Source of the DNA: Nitrosopumilus sp. | GTDB lineage: Archaea; Thermoproteota; Nitrososphaeria; Nitrososphaerales; Nitrosopumilaceae | Length of the DNA: 64,000 bases | Direction: 5' to 3' | NCBI GenBank assembly: GCA_965218695.1 | Contig: OZ244651.1 | Coordinates: 2,112,001-2,176,000 of the forward strand | Part shown: piece by piece, positions 38,750 to 48,504 of the stretch | Layout of the letters: every line of letters begins with the position of its first letter | Numbering within the stretch: the first letter of the stretch is position 1 | Notes under the pieces: generated by a model | Told to the model about the DNA's origin: nothing | Databases searched by the model: none | The model's input: only the letters and a program-made list of their open reading frames with translations | Translations under genes and position numbers: made by a program

Positions 38750-40855
38750 ATGGACGACGACGCCGAACCGAAGCGGAGTGGCATACTCAAATCCACCTCA
38801 AAGCGTGTAAGGATGATCTTCTCTGTCATGGCAAGTCCCAACCGGATCGATATTCTTCGGATTCTTAACTCCAAGGGCCCCCTGACTTACTCTGAACTAA
38901 AGTCGCTTGCCGGGTTCAAATCAAAAAAAGAGAGCGGCAAGTTTGCATACCACCTGAGAAAACTGCTCCGGCAGTCGCTTGTGGCACTCAACAAATCCGA
39001 AAGACGTTACACCATTACCAATCTGGGAAAGCTGGTGCTGAGCTTGGCACGGCAGATCGAGGAGAGATCCATCATTGAGAGCGGAAAGATGTACGTCAGG
39101 ACATCACACAACTCGTTTGAGGAGTTTAATCCCTACAAGATAGTCCAGTCGCTGGTTCGCGAGGGGAACCTTCCACTGGAATTGGCTCAGAAGATTACCG
39201 AGGAAGTGGAGAACCGCATCTACAAGTATCAGACCACCTACCTTACAGGCTCGCTTATCCGAGAGCTGGTCAACTCCGTCCTGCTTGAGCACGGCCATGA
39301 GGAGTACCGGGGCAGGCTTGCGCGCATGGGCATACCGCTTTACGACATAAATGAAATGATCTCCAATCTGGAGGGAATGAACAACGGCGTAGAGGATCTC
39401 CAGTTTGCCATAAGCCAGAAGGTTCTTGCCGAGCAGCTTATCTCCAGCACACTGCCCAAGGATCTGGCAGACTCGCATCTGTCTGGCGATCTGCACATTA
39501 CCAATCCCGGAGCCTGGTCGCTGATTCCTGACATCGTCTTTGTCAACATCAAGGAGATCTTTGAGGACGGAGTAAACCTTGGCGGCAAGTATCTTGATGT
39601 GTCTAGGGTTCCATCATCCAGACAACTCGGCGATCTTGCAATCTCGCTTTCAATCATGATATCCCTTCTCTCAAAGGAGGCGTCCCGAGAAGTAGTACTT
39701 GACGGATTGGTCGCGCTGTTTGCCAGTCACATCTCCGCCCCAGATCTAGAACAGAACATTACCAATGCGTTTGTGGCTGCATCCCCCACATCAAAACATA
39801 ATGACCCAGGCACTGTAGTCTCAGTCAGACTTCAGCTGGGCTCTGACCCAGAGACGACTGCTGCCATAATCGGTGCATACAAGAACTATACAAGGATTAC
39901 ACCGACTCCAAAGATAGGTCTCATAATTGACTATGGCAAGGAGACAGTTTCCGGCATCTCCGGTCAGATATCTGAGATAATACTGCTCGGGGGACGGGTC
40001 AGTTTTATCAATGGACACATGTCAAGCTCCGGACTGGCCACCGGCTCCAAAAGGAACCACGGACCGGTATCAGTAGCACTCCAGTCTATCTCGATTAATC
40101 TTCCAAGGCTTGCATTCGAATCAAACAAGGATGAGACCTACTTTCGGGCAAGACTTGCGCTGCTGATGAAGCCGGCTCTTGCGGCAATGGCGCTAAGAAA
40201 GAAGGGCATTCTGGATCTTACCCGGAAGGGACTCCACCCAATTCTTGCACAGAACATCCAGTTTATGCAGAGGAATTCCGTGTCCCTGATCATAAATCTG
40301 GTCGGACTCAAGGAGGCAGTATTTGGTATTCTGGGACACAAAAACGACAAGGAAGGCCGTGAGATCCTTCAAAAGGTAATTACGACTGCAGTAGATGTGG
40401 GCAACAAGAGCGGCAAGGATCTGGGCGATCCAGTCTTTGTATGCATGATTGATACTGACAGCTCGGCGCGTTTTGCAGGGATGGATGGCGAAAAATACGG
40501 CAAGAATTCAGTCATTGGCACCCCAGAGGATAACTCCTACTCCCAAGGAGTGACAATCAATGCATCTGAAATCCACCAGTACACCAGCAGAAGCGAGCCG
40601 GTATCCGAATCCAACAGGTTCTCAAGATTCCTCAATGGGGGCGTGTCCATTACACTGCAGATTGACAGGGATGCCGGGTACGAGGCAGTCAAGGATTCCA
40701 TAGAGAAGATGTCAGAGCTTGTCTCTCACTTTCGGCCCGTCAAGGACATCGTAATGTGCAACGAATGTGGCTTTAAGGATGAGCCGTTTGAGGACAGGTG
40801 TCCAAGATGCAATTCCCGTTACACCACCTTAAACCAGAATGATTTCGGAGATTGA
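38750..40855 (+). CDS. ArsR-like wHTH + ATP-cone + degenerate class III RNR (NrdD-like) fusion
   Basis: ASPNRIDILRIL..LTYSEL..FAYHLRKL; VRTS..EEFNPYKI..LIRELVNSVL; HLSGDLHI, SINLPRLA, C-terminal CxxC..CxxC; no glycyl-radical motif. Confidence 0.82.
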   Translation: MDDDAEPKRSGILKSTSKRVRMIFSVMASPNRIDILRILNSKGPLTYSELKSLAGFKSKKESGKFAYHLRKLLRQSLVALNKSERRYTITNLGKLVLSLARQIEERSIIESGKMYVRTSHNSFEEFNPYKIVQSLVREGNLPLELAQKITEEVENRIYKYQTTYLTGSLIRELVNSVLLEHGHEEYRGRLARMGIPLYDINEMISNLEGMNNGVEDLQFAISQKVLAEQLISSTLPKDLADSHLSGDLHITNPGAWSLIPDIVFVNIKEIFEDGVNLGGKYLDVSRVPSSRQLGDLAISLSIMISLLSKEASREVVLDGLVALFASHISAPDLEQNITNAFVAASPTSKHNDPGTVVSVRLQLGSDPETTAAIIGAYKNYTRITPTPKIGLIIDYGKETVSGISGQISEIILLGGRVSFINGHMSSSGLATGSKRNHGPVSVALQSISINLPRLAFESNKDETYFRARLALLMKPALAAMALRKKGILDLTRKGLHPILAQNIQFMQRNSVSLIINLVGLKEAVFGILGHKNDKEGREILQKVITTAVDVGNKSGKDLGDPVFVCMIDTDSSARFAGMDGEKYGKNSVIGTPEDNSYSQGVTINASEIHQYTSRSEPVSESNRFSRFLNGGVSITLQIDRDAGYEAVKDSIEKMSELVSHFRPVKDIVMCNECGFKDEPFEDRCPRCNSRYTTLNQNDFGD

Positions 40856-40896
40856 AGCATCATTATAATTGGATTGTTATGAGTTTAGTGATAGTA

Positions 40897-40939
40897 TTAC
40901 CACCTATATGGTATCCGCCATCTACTATATTTGGTAGAT
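40897..40939. promoter_or_regulatory. Two adjacent imperfect palindromes, candidate operator
   Basis: TTACCA-CCTATA-TGGTAT (40897-40914) and ATCTAC-TATATTTG-GTAGAT (40920-40939). Confidence 0.4.
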
Positions 40940-41228
40940 AGATTTACATATAAACCTAATATATAATTATACCCAATTCTTATATTATTTTTTGTACTGA
41001 TACGATAAAAATTGGATCGGTGCATCTAGAACCAATAATACCCCAAATTCGTGCCTAGATCCAGCCCACTGCCCTGACTGTGCCTTGACTAGGTTCGTTA
41101 AAGTGAGCAGTATATATCTGTGTCCAATAAGTACTCATATGCGAATTCATCTTTTTCTTAACTTGGTGTGTTATGCATTAGAATCAAAAATTTATAACCA
41201 TATAGATCCAAGGACTTGTGATGTTTCG

Positions 41229-43880
41229 ATGAATAATTCTCAGATAGAAAATTCTATATCCCAAATCACGAAGCGAAGCGGAGCCGTTACTGTGTTCAAT
41301 AAGAACAAGATCTCAAATGCCATATACAAGGCACTGGATGCCACCTCCAAGGCCGATCGCAGTCTGGCCGATCAGCTTGCAGACCGGGTTGTAGCCAAGC
41401 TGGCCGAACAGGGATTTACAAAGTCCCATACCCCAACAGTGGAGCACATTCAGGACATTGTCGAGATGACACTGATTGACCACGGTCACAGTGACATAGC
41501 CAAGGCGTATATCGTATACAGACATGAGAGAAGAAAGCTCCGGGAGGAGAAGATGAAGGTTCTGAATCTGCGTGCGCTTGATCCGGTCTCAAAGAAGTTT
41601 GATCTGAACTGTCTGAGGGTGCTTGCATCAAGGTACCTGATGAGAAACGACAGGAATGAGATTATCGAGTCCCCTACACAGATGTTTGAAAGGGTTGCAA
41701 TAGTGGTGGCAATAGGGGATCTCATGTATGACTCTGCCATATTTGACAGGGCAGGGGGCCATGTTCAGAACACGGACGAGGCAGCGTCATACCTTCAAAA
41801 ACTGAACTCGTTTGACTACAAGTTCAAGATAGGGCAGTACTACCTCAACAAGTATCACTTTAGATCACTGATCAACCTGTATGTGGAACTTGGCAGACGG
41901 GAGCAGATGAGGATCAGTTTCAAGGCCTTGTTGATGTTGCTGGTAGGCAAGAAGCTTGACAAGTACGCCGACCGTGTTACAGAATATTTTGAGCTTATGA
42001 CATCACAGGACTTTCTACCAAACTCGCCTACGATGATGAATGCAGGAGGGAGGCTTGGACAGCTGTCTGCATGCTTTGTTCTGGGAATGGATGACGGCAT
42101 GGAGGAGATCATGAAGTCTACATCGGATGCGGCACTAATCTTCAAGTCTGGAGGTGGTGTCGGAATCAACTATTCAAATCTGCGAGAAGAAGGCGATATA
42201 GTGGCCTCTACTTCGGGAGTCGCATCAGGCCCTGTCTCATTTATGAATATAATCAATACTGTGACTGAGGTAGTCAAACAGGGAGGGAAGAGACGTGGGG
42301 CCAACATGGGCATCATAGAGTCGTGGCACCCTGATGTCGAAAAATTCATCACCAACAAGACCGAACCCGGGGTGCTGGAGAATTTTAATATTAGCGTTGG
42401 AATATGGGAGGATTTTTGGGATGCGCTGGTAAATACAAAGGACGGTAACTATGTCCTGCGCAGTCCTCGTGACAAGACCCCTGTCAAGGAGATAAACGCA
42501 CACCAGCTGACTGACCTGATTGCGCTGTCTGCATGGAAGAGTGCAGAGCCCGGACTCATATTCTTTGATCAAATCAACAAGTACAACGTATTTGCAAAGG
42601 CCCGGAAGGCCCCCCTGAGGGCAACCAATCCGTGCGGCGAGCAGAGTCTTTATCCGTACGAGTCATGCAATCTGGGATCCATCAACTTGGCAAACTTAGT
42701 CAACAGGCAGGCAGACGGATCCTACAAGTTTGACTGGCAGCGGTACGAGGAGATGATCAGAAAGACGACAAGATTCCTTGACAATATAATAGATGTCAAC
42801 AACTACCCAATTGAAGAGATCAGTAAGGCGTCAATAGAGTCTAGAAGAATAGGGCTTGGCGTAATGGGGGTGGCCGATCTTTTGTACAAGCTCCGCATTC
42901 CGTACAACTCCGAGGATGGCTACCGGATGCAGGCAAGGCTCTCTGAGGCCCTGACATACTATTCCATGGAGGAGAGTGTTGCACTTGCACGATCCCGTGG
43001 CGAGTTTCCGCTGTGTTCAAAGACAGAATACCCTGACGGAAAGATCCCCGTTGCCGGATACTATGAGAAGCCAAAGGAGCAGCACTCGTATGAGTGGGAT
43101 GCCCTGATTGAGAAGATCAAGACACACGGCATCCGAAACGTCCTGACTACCACCGTGGCGCCCACAGGAACCCTCTCCATGATTGCAGACTGTTCCAACG
43201 GAATGGAGCCTGCCTTTGCGCTGGTCTTTGAAAAAAGGGTCACCGTTGGAAGATTCTTTTACACAAACAAGGTAGTCCAGGATGCACTCAAGGAGGCCGG
43301 GCTTTACAATGACCAGATTCTTGCCAAGATCGCAGACAACTACGGTTCCCTGAAGGGAATTCCAGAGATTCCTCAGTGGATGCAGGATACGTTCGTGACT
43401 GCCATGGACATACACTGGACTGATCATCTTATGGCACAGGGTGTATGGCAGGACTGGATTGGAAATGCCATTGCCAAGACCATAAACATGCCGTATGATG
43501 TAACTGCTGAAGATGTAAAATCCGCATACCTGCTGGCCCATGAAATGGGTCTCAAGGGAATCACAGTATACAGGGACGGCTCCAGACACACGCAGGTACT
43601 TCACATGACAAGCCAGAATGCAGAGAAGACATTCGAGGTCAGGCCCAGCCGGTTTGTTACCGAGTTTATAGAATCCAACATTACAAACCCGTACGTCAGA
43701 TCCCATGCGATTGCAGCACTTGCGCTAAAGCCCCATGACAGTGAGATCAAGACCGAATCCCAAAAACCTGAGAATATACCCGAGGATCAACTGTGTCCCA
43801 CATGCAAGAATCGTCTTGCCTTCATGGAAGGTTGCAGCATCTGTATTGAATGTGGACACAGTGGCTGCACACCCGGATGA
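41229..43880 (+). CDS. nrdJ: Adenosylcobalamin-dependent (class II) ribonucleotide reductase with ATP-cone
   Basis: ITKRSG ATP-cone, PNSPT, QLSACFV, TNPCGEQ, CNLGSINL, VAPTGT, KGITVYRDGSR, C-terminal Cys cluster. Confidence 0.95.
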   Translation: MNNSQIENSISQITKRSGAVTVFNKNKISNAIYKALDATSKADRSLADQLADRVVAKLAEQGFTKSHTPTVEHIQDIVEMTLIDHGHSDIAKAYIVYRHERRKLREEKMKVLNLRALDPVSKKFDLNCLRVLASRYLMRNDRNEIIESPTQMFERVAIVVAIGDLMYDSAIFDRAGGHVQNTDEAASYLQKLNSFDYKFKIGQYYLNKYHFRSLINLYVELGRREQMRISFKALLMLLVGKKLDKYADRVTEYFELMTSQDFLPNSPTMMNAGGRLGQLSACFVLGMDDGMEEIMKSTSDAALIFKSGGGVGINYSNLREEGDIVASTSGVASGPVSFMNIINTVTEVVKQGGKRRGANMGIIESWHPDVEKFITNKTEPGVLENFNISVGIWEDFWDALVNTKDGNYVLRSPRDKTPVKEINAHQLTDLIALSAWKSAEPGLIFFDQINKYNVFAKARKAPLRATNPCGEQSLYPYESCNLGSINLANLVNRQADGSYKFDWQRYEEMIRKTTRFLDNIIDVNNYPIEEISKASIESRRIGLGVMGVADLLYKLRIPYNSEDGYRMQARLSEALTYYSMEESVALARSRGEFPLCSKTEYPDGKIPVAGYYEKPKEQHSYEWDALIEKIKTHGIRNVLTTTVAPTGTLSMIADCSNGMEPAFALVFEKRVTVGRFFYTNKVVQDALKEAGLYNDQILAKIADNYGSLKGIPEIPQWMQDTFVTAMDIHWTDHLMAQGVWQDWIGNAIAKTINMPYDVTAEDVKSAYLLAHEMGLKGITVYRDGSRHTQVLHMTSQNAEKTFEVRPSRFVTEFIESNITNPYVRSHAIAALALKPHDSEIKTESQKPENIPEDQLCPTCKNRLAFMEGCSICIECGHSGCTPG

Positions 43881-44362
43881 TCAAATCCTGCAAGATTGCC
43901 GTGTCAAAACAGTAAACCTACACTGTGATCAGACCCACGCATATGCCACAGGGTTTTCAGACATGGGTGCGGCATCCGGCGGGCATGTTTAGGACACATA
44001 CAGTTGCCAATGATTAACCATGATCATGTATCCGCGCTTTTCTAGTGGCACGGATTCCCAAAAGTATGATGGGATTCCTGGCCCCTAAAACATGTGGAGT
44101 GATATTGAAAAAACCGATTTACAATTCAAATCAGAGTTGTCTTGTTTGTTTATCTGTTTGAACACAATAGAATTCTTCCACATTTACAGGTATTTCCAGT
44201 TGCCTTTTCGTGCGCTATGATGCTTCATTGGGAACAGATTTTTCGGTTTTTGTTGTTTTTTGAATTTAGTGCATCAGCAAATCCATAAAAATTCCACTAA
44301 TCCGGACATTGTATTTGCGGATCTGATTGATATGTGTCCTCTGATTTTCCGTGTAAGATTTG

Positions 44363-45888
44363 GTAAGTGTTCACGTGGTTTAACTCATTTTTAGGCGTAT
44401 TTTGCAATCTCCGCCAAGTAATCCAATTTCTTGTTTTTCCATGTCATTACACATGAAAAGAAATTCGCCATCCACGTCATCGTCTCCTCTGCCCTTATGC
44501 TGCCCCGTATTTTTCTGTGCACGACTATCTCGCGCAACCCGCGTTCTGCAGCATTGTTTGTAGGCGGGATCTTTGGGTTCAGCACGAACCGGAACAGGTC
44601 GCTGCCAGCATTGCTGATCTTGACCATGAATTTTTCCAATATTGGATCGTCGGCGTACCTTGCAACGATCTTTTCGATGCATGACGTCAGCATGGCAGAC
44701 GCGTTGTCCCGGAGAGAGCGCGAGCGTTTCCTGCTTGCCCTTCTGGCATAATCATAGATTATGCGCAGGTGCTTCAGGACGTTGCGCGCGCCTGGGCAGT
44801 CCGGATTGCGGTTGCAGATGTCCCTGGCCTCGCGTATTATGTGCGACCAGCAGCGCTGGACGCGGTATTTTCCGTACGCCGTCCAGCCGTCGCACACTAA
44901 CGTGCCGTCCCAACCCCCAAGCGCTTCTTTCAGAACCTTTGCCCCCCGGCTGTCCCGTATCACGTACAGCGCGTGCCCGGTCAGCGGATCGTGCAGTATC
45001 CACACCCAGACGTTGCGGCCGTTTAGGTGAATCGATGTCTCGTCGGCGTGCAGTATCTTGGCCTTGCGTATCATGGCGGCAATGGCTGCCGCAGGGGCGC
45101 CCAGCGACGTTCCCAGCCTGCGCATTATGTTGTGCGCCGTGCCCGAGGAGAGTGTAATTCCGTACCGCGACATGCGGTCTGCGATCATCCTAAACGGCAT
45201 GCGACACACGTAATCGTCTGCAACATCAGTCGTTATGCTCGGATCGTAGCTGCCCTTGTCTGGAAGGCCGGTCTCGGGCTTGATGTCCACCAGACCGCAG
45301 GAGCAGCGACACGTGTTTATGGTGTGGCGCGTGGTGATGACCTTTATCGTGCGCTCCACCTTGGTAATGTCGCGTTTTTCTGACTGCACTATGGAAAGGC
45401 TACCCGAGCCGCATTCGGGGCAGGCCTCCGGGGTGTGTTCCTCAAACTCGGTGGGTTTTGGCTTGCGGGTGCGGCCCATGTGGCCTTTTTGCCCCCCGCG
45501 CGACTTCCCGCTGCCGGCCGCATCCACGCGGTCCTTTTGATCCCGGGAGGCTTTTGTGGATTTATTGTAGGCATTCTTTTCGTCGCCTTTTCCCTTTGTG
45601 TCAGGCCATCCGGGCCCCCTTTTTTGTGATGACGGGGTGTTGTAATTGTCATGCCGCACCAGCCTGCGCTTAAGATCAGCAACTGCCAGATTCAATTCCT
45701 CAATTATCTGCCCTTGCATCTCAATCGTCTGCTTGAGCTTGATGTTCTCAGTCTTGAGATCCGTGTACATCTTTTTGAGTTCAGCCTGGCTTTTCACATC
45801 GGGTTTGGATTACCATCCTATTTGGATCTGTGGTTTGCACAAAATTTACCCAAGAGTGAACTGAATTAGGCACGACGTGAACACTTAC
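44363..45888 (-). mobile_element. IS66-family single-ORF element, copy B (1526 bp)
   Basis: Near-identical to 26273-27798; TSD AAGATTTG at 44355-44362 and 45889-45896. Confidence 0.95.
44391..45797 (-). CDS. IS66 transposase
   Basis: One amino-acid difference (R/K) from the 26301-27707 product. Confidence 0.95.
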   Translation of the reverse strand: MKSQAELKKMYTDLKTENIKLKQTIEMQGQIIEELNLAVADLKRRLVRHDNYNTPSSQKRGPGWPDTKGKGDEKNAYNKSTKASRDQKDRVDAAGSGKSRGGQKGHMGRTRKPKPTEFEEHTPEACPECGSGSLSIVQSEKRDITKVERTIKVITTRHTINTCRCSCGLVDIKPETGLPDKGSYDPSITTDVADDYVCRMPFRMIADRMSRYGITLSSGTAHNIMRRLGTSLGAPAAAIAAMIRKAKILHADETSIHLNGRNVWVWILHDPLTGHALYVIRDSRGAKVLKEALGGWDGTLVCDGWTAYGKYRVQRCWSHIIREARDICNRNPDCPGARNVLKHLRIIYDYARRASRKRSRSLRDNASAMLTSCIEKIVARYADDPILEKFMVKISNAGSDLFRFVLNPKIPPTNNAAERGLREIVVHRKIRGSIRAEETMTWMANFFSCVMTWKNKKLDYLAEIAKYA

Positions 45889-46187
45889 AAGATTTGTATC
45901 ATTAATTATGATATTTTCCCTTGTTTTAGAGACTCTTCCCATCTCATACCCTCGATCCCTATTGTGGTGCAGTGTTTTATCCGGGTTTGTTTTCTGATGT
46001 AGTGGGAATGGCCGTTCTGCAAGTGCCGTCTTGCCAGAGCCTGCGATGCCTGTCATGAAAATCACTTCTGTGATGTGTTCGGGACAGACTAGAAGATAAT
46101 TCTTGATGTGTTTGTGACTTTTTGACTACATCCCTGCAGAGCCAAACACCACAATGATTTTTTACCTGTTCTTTCTTTTCAGCATAT

Positions 46188-47339
46188 GTGAAACGATGGA
46201 TTCCGGGAATAGCTGCAGGCGCAGCTGCTGCAATTATAGTATTGGTTGTGGTAACAGTGTCAGAACCGGATGCAGTCGACCCGGTTACATCTGTACCAGA
46301 TGTAACTGTTCCTACACACAATGACAAAATCGGCTTGGTGGTCAACACGCCAAGCAAGGCAGTATCGCTTAAACAGGTTGACAAGGCATTTCTGGACGCC
46401 TCATCCACCGGGATAGGAAGAACCAACATGTATCTCTTCTGGAATATAATAGAGCCCAAGCAAGGTGAATTTGACTGGAGCCAGTCAGACATACTTATGG
46501 GACTAAGTGAAAAGAATGATCTCGGGGTGACGCTGTTCTTCTCTGTAATAAACGGCAAGATACTCGGGCCGTTCCCAGACTGGATGGAACAGCCATCGCT
46601 TGGCTCCATAGGGGAAGACAACCTTGCCAATGTTCTTGATGCGATTCTTCTCCGGTATGACATAGTGGATACTGTCATCATAGGCGGATCCACAGAGTCC
46701 CAGTTTCGTTACAACGAGCAGAACATCCCTGCATACAGGGATCTGTTTGTCGGGGTTTATGACATACTCAAGGAGAAACATCCGGATGTGATGTTTGGAA
46801 ACTCGTTTGCACTCCACCACGTGATAAACAAGAACCTGGATCATATGGTAGGCGAGCTTGCAGTGGGTGATCTTGTGGCATTTTCGTATATTCCTGTTGA
46901 CAGCCTCAACGACATAGTCAGGACGCCTGTAGAGGCAGCAGCCGATCTGGACAGGGCCATCGAGCTTGCCGCAGGAAAGCCGGCAGGATTCCTAGAGGTA
47001 AGCTGGGGCACATCGGACTTTGTGGGGGGCAGCAATGAATCCCAGAGGGAGTTTGTAGAACAGATGTTTGGGTTTTATTCTGAGAACGAATCCGGAATAG
47101 AGTTTCTGACATGGGCCAGGCAGCATGACAGGCCGGAGGGAACCTGTGTCACAGAACAGCAGGACATAGGTTCAGAGAGGATCACCGTGGGAGGCAACTC
47201 CATTCTTGGCACCAGCGAGTTTGTTATCGAACGGCTGGATCGTTACGTCTGCAGTTCCGGACTTGTAGATGTGGATGGAACTCCCAAGCCTGCCTGGAAC
47301 GAATTTAAGAATCAAATAGAGATGATCAGCACAGGATGA
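46188..47339 (+). CDS. Membrane-anchored glycoside-hydrolase-like TIM-barrel protein
   Basis: N-terminal TM; WNIIEPKQGEFDWS, GKPAGFLEVSW, GLVDVDGTPKPAW resemble clan GH-A motifs. Confidence 0.6.
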   Translation: MKRWIPGIAAGAAAAIIVLVVVTVSEPDAVDPVTSVPDVTVPTHNDKIGLVVNTPSKAVSLKQVDKAFLDASSTGIGRTNMYLFWNIIEPKQGEFDWSQSDILMGLSEKNDLGVTLFFSVINGKILGPFPDWMEQPSLGSIGEDNLANVLDAILLRYDIVDTVIIGGSTESQFRYNEQNIPAYRDLFVGVYDILKEKHPDVMFGNSFALHHVINKNLDHMVGELAVGDLVAFSYIPVDSLNDIVRTPVEAAADLDRAIELAAGKPAGFLEVSWGTSDFVGGSNESQREFVEQMFGFYSENESGIEFLTWARQHDRPEGTCVTEQQDIGSERITVGGNSILGTSEFVIERLDRYVCSSGLVDVDGTPKPAWNEFKNQIEMISTG

Positions 47340-48004
47340 TCTCGTTGGTTCTGGCAGAGTCGTCTCTGGAGCTGGTACCTGCGGAAATTCGGTCCCACCC
47401 GTCAGTAGTCCGGCATGCCAAGAGGCTTGGCAGGATGCCGTCTGAGATACTGCTGGACAACTCATGGCATTTTGCTGCAATGAGAAAGATCGACTGCCAG
47501 ATCAAGCGGGGACGGCCAGACCTAGTCCATTTTTCAATACTTGAGGCAGTCACAACTCCGCTGTACCTGCGGGATCATCTGAAACTGTACATCCACACCA
47601 TTAACGACAAGGTAATACGATTTGGATCCGGCGTCCGCATACCAAAGTCATACCACCGCTTTGAGGGCATCATGGAGAGGCTGTACCGAGACAGACAGAT
47701 TGCAGCAGACGGCTGCATGCTGCTTGAGCTTGCAGACGTAACCCTGCCGGCACTGCTTGAACAGATTAATCCTGCAACAACGATAGGGCTGTCCACCAAG
47801 GGAATGCCCTCCACATACGAGGGCATTGCAACAGAGATTCCGGATAATGCCTGCATTGTGATCGGGGGGTTCCAAAAGGGACATTTTTCTGATTCTGTTC
47901 AGAGTCTGTTTGATGCAGTATACTCTGTAGGGGACATGTCTCTTGAGGGCCATGTGGTGACTGCCAGAATGCTCTACGAGTATGAAAAGACCATTTTTAT
48001 TTAG
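47336..48004 (+). CDS. nep1: rRNA pseudouridine N1-methyltransferase Nep1
   Basis: LAESSLELVP, LLDNSWH, RGRPDLVH, RIPKSYHRFEG, IGGFQKGHF. Confidence 0.92.
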   Translation: MISLVLAESSLELVPAEIRSHPSVVRHAKRLGRMPSEILLDNSWHFAAMRKIDCQIKRGRPDLVHFSILEAVTTPLYLRDHLKLYIHTINDKVIRFGSGVRIPKSYHRFEGIMERLYRDRQIAADGCMLLELADVTLPALLEQINPATTIGLSTKGMPSTYEGIATEIPDNACIVIGGFQKGHFSDSVQSLFDAVYSVGDMSLEGHVVTARMLYEYEKTIFI

Positions 48005-48026
48005 GCATCTGAATCCGCATACTGTC

Positions 48027-48100
48027 GCAGTCATAGTATAGCCTGGTTAGTATTCGGGGTTTCCAACCCTGCCACGCGGGTTCGAATCCCGCTGACTGCA
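48027..48100 (+). tRNA. tRNA-Gly(TCC)
   Basis: Acceptor GCAGTCA/TGACTGC, anticodon arm CGGGG-TTTCCAA-CCCTG, T arm GCGGG-TTCGAAT-CCCGC; no intron, CCA not encoded. Confidence 0.95.
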
Positions 48101-48170
48101 CTCTTATGATACCATACGGATGTCTGCATACGGCGCAAACCAATTTTTAGGCGCATCCCGGAGCAGTGTC

Positions 48171-48473
48171 GTGAAACCTGCAGTCCGGAGGGTGGCATTG
48201 GAGAGGATGGAGATTCTTGTCAGAACCGCAATCTCCAATGCAAGATCGGATCCAGGCCTTGCCCGACGCCAGGCGATGCTGGCACGCAGAATCAGTACCC
48301 GGCACAGGATACGAATGCCATACCACCTCCGAATGGCATTCTGCAAAAAATGCAAGTCGTTTATCGCACCGGGAATTGGCTCCCGTATCAGAGTAGGACG
48401 ATCCCCCGTCAAGTCGATCAGGATCTCCTGCCTGCTGTGCGGGCACACGTACCGTAAAATTATATCTCAATGA
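48171..48473 (+). CDS. rnp4: RNase P protein Rpp21 (component 4); start uncertain
   Basis: ALERMEIL, FCKKCK..PG..RIR, CLLCGHTYR. Confidence 0.9.
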   Translation: MKPAVRRVALERMEILVRTAISNARSDPGLARRQAMLARRISTRHRIRMPYHLRMAFCKKCKSFIAPGIGSRIRVGRSPVKSIRISCLLCGHTYRKIISQ

Positions 48474-48504
48474 TTTATAAGACGATTCACGATTTTCTGT
48501 CTTC

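Larger units (their letters stand above)
44150..46065 (-). pseudogene. AAA_33 / polynucleotide-kinase-like P-loop gene, degraded and split by IS66 (3' boundary approximate)
   Basis: IFMTGIAGSGKTALA..IIINDTNL|TRKIR continues across the TSD; frameshifted remnants (HINQIRKYNVRI, RQLEIPVNVEEF) downstream. Confidence 0.65.

Noticed and set aside
38750-40855. Functional anaerobic ribonucleotide reductase
   Set aside because: Glycyl-radical loop and catalytic cysteines not found; no activase in the window
40856-41228. Cobalamin riboswitch or replication origin upstream of nrdJ
   Set aside because: No recognisable B12-box or ORB repeats, and no cdc6 nearby
48027-48100. tRNA-Gly as an integration site
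   Set aside because: No duplicated tRNA 3' end or integrase seen; the flanks are core genes
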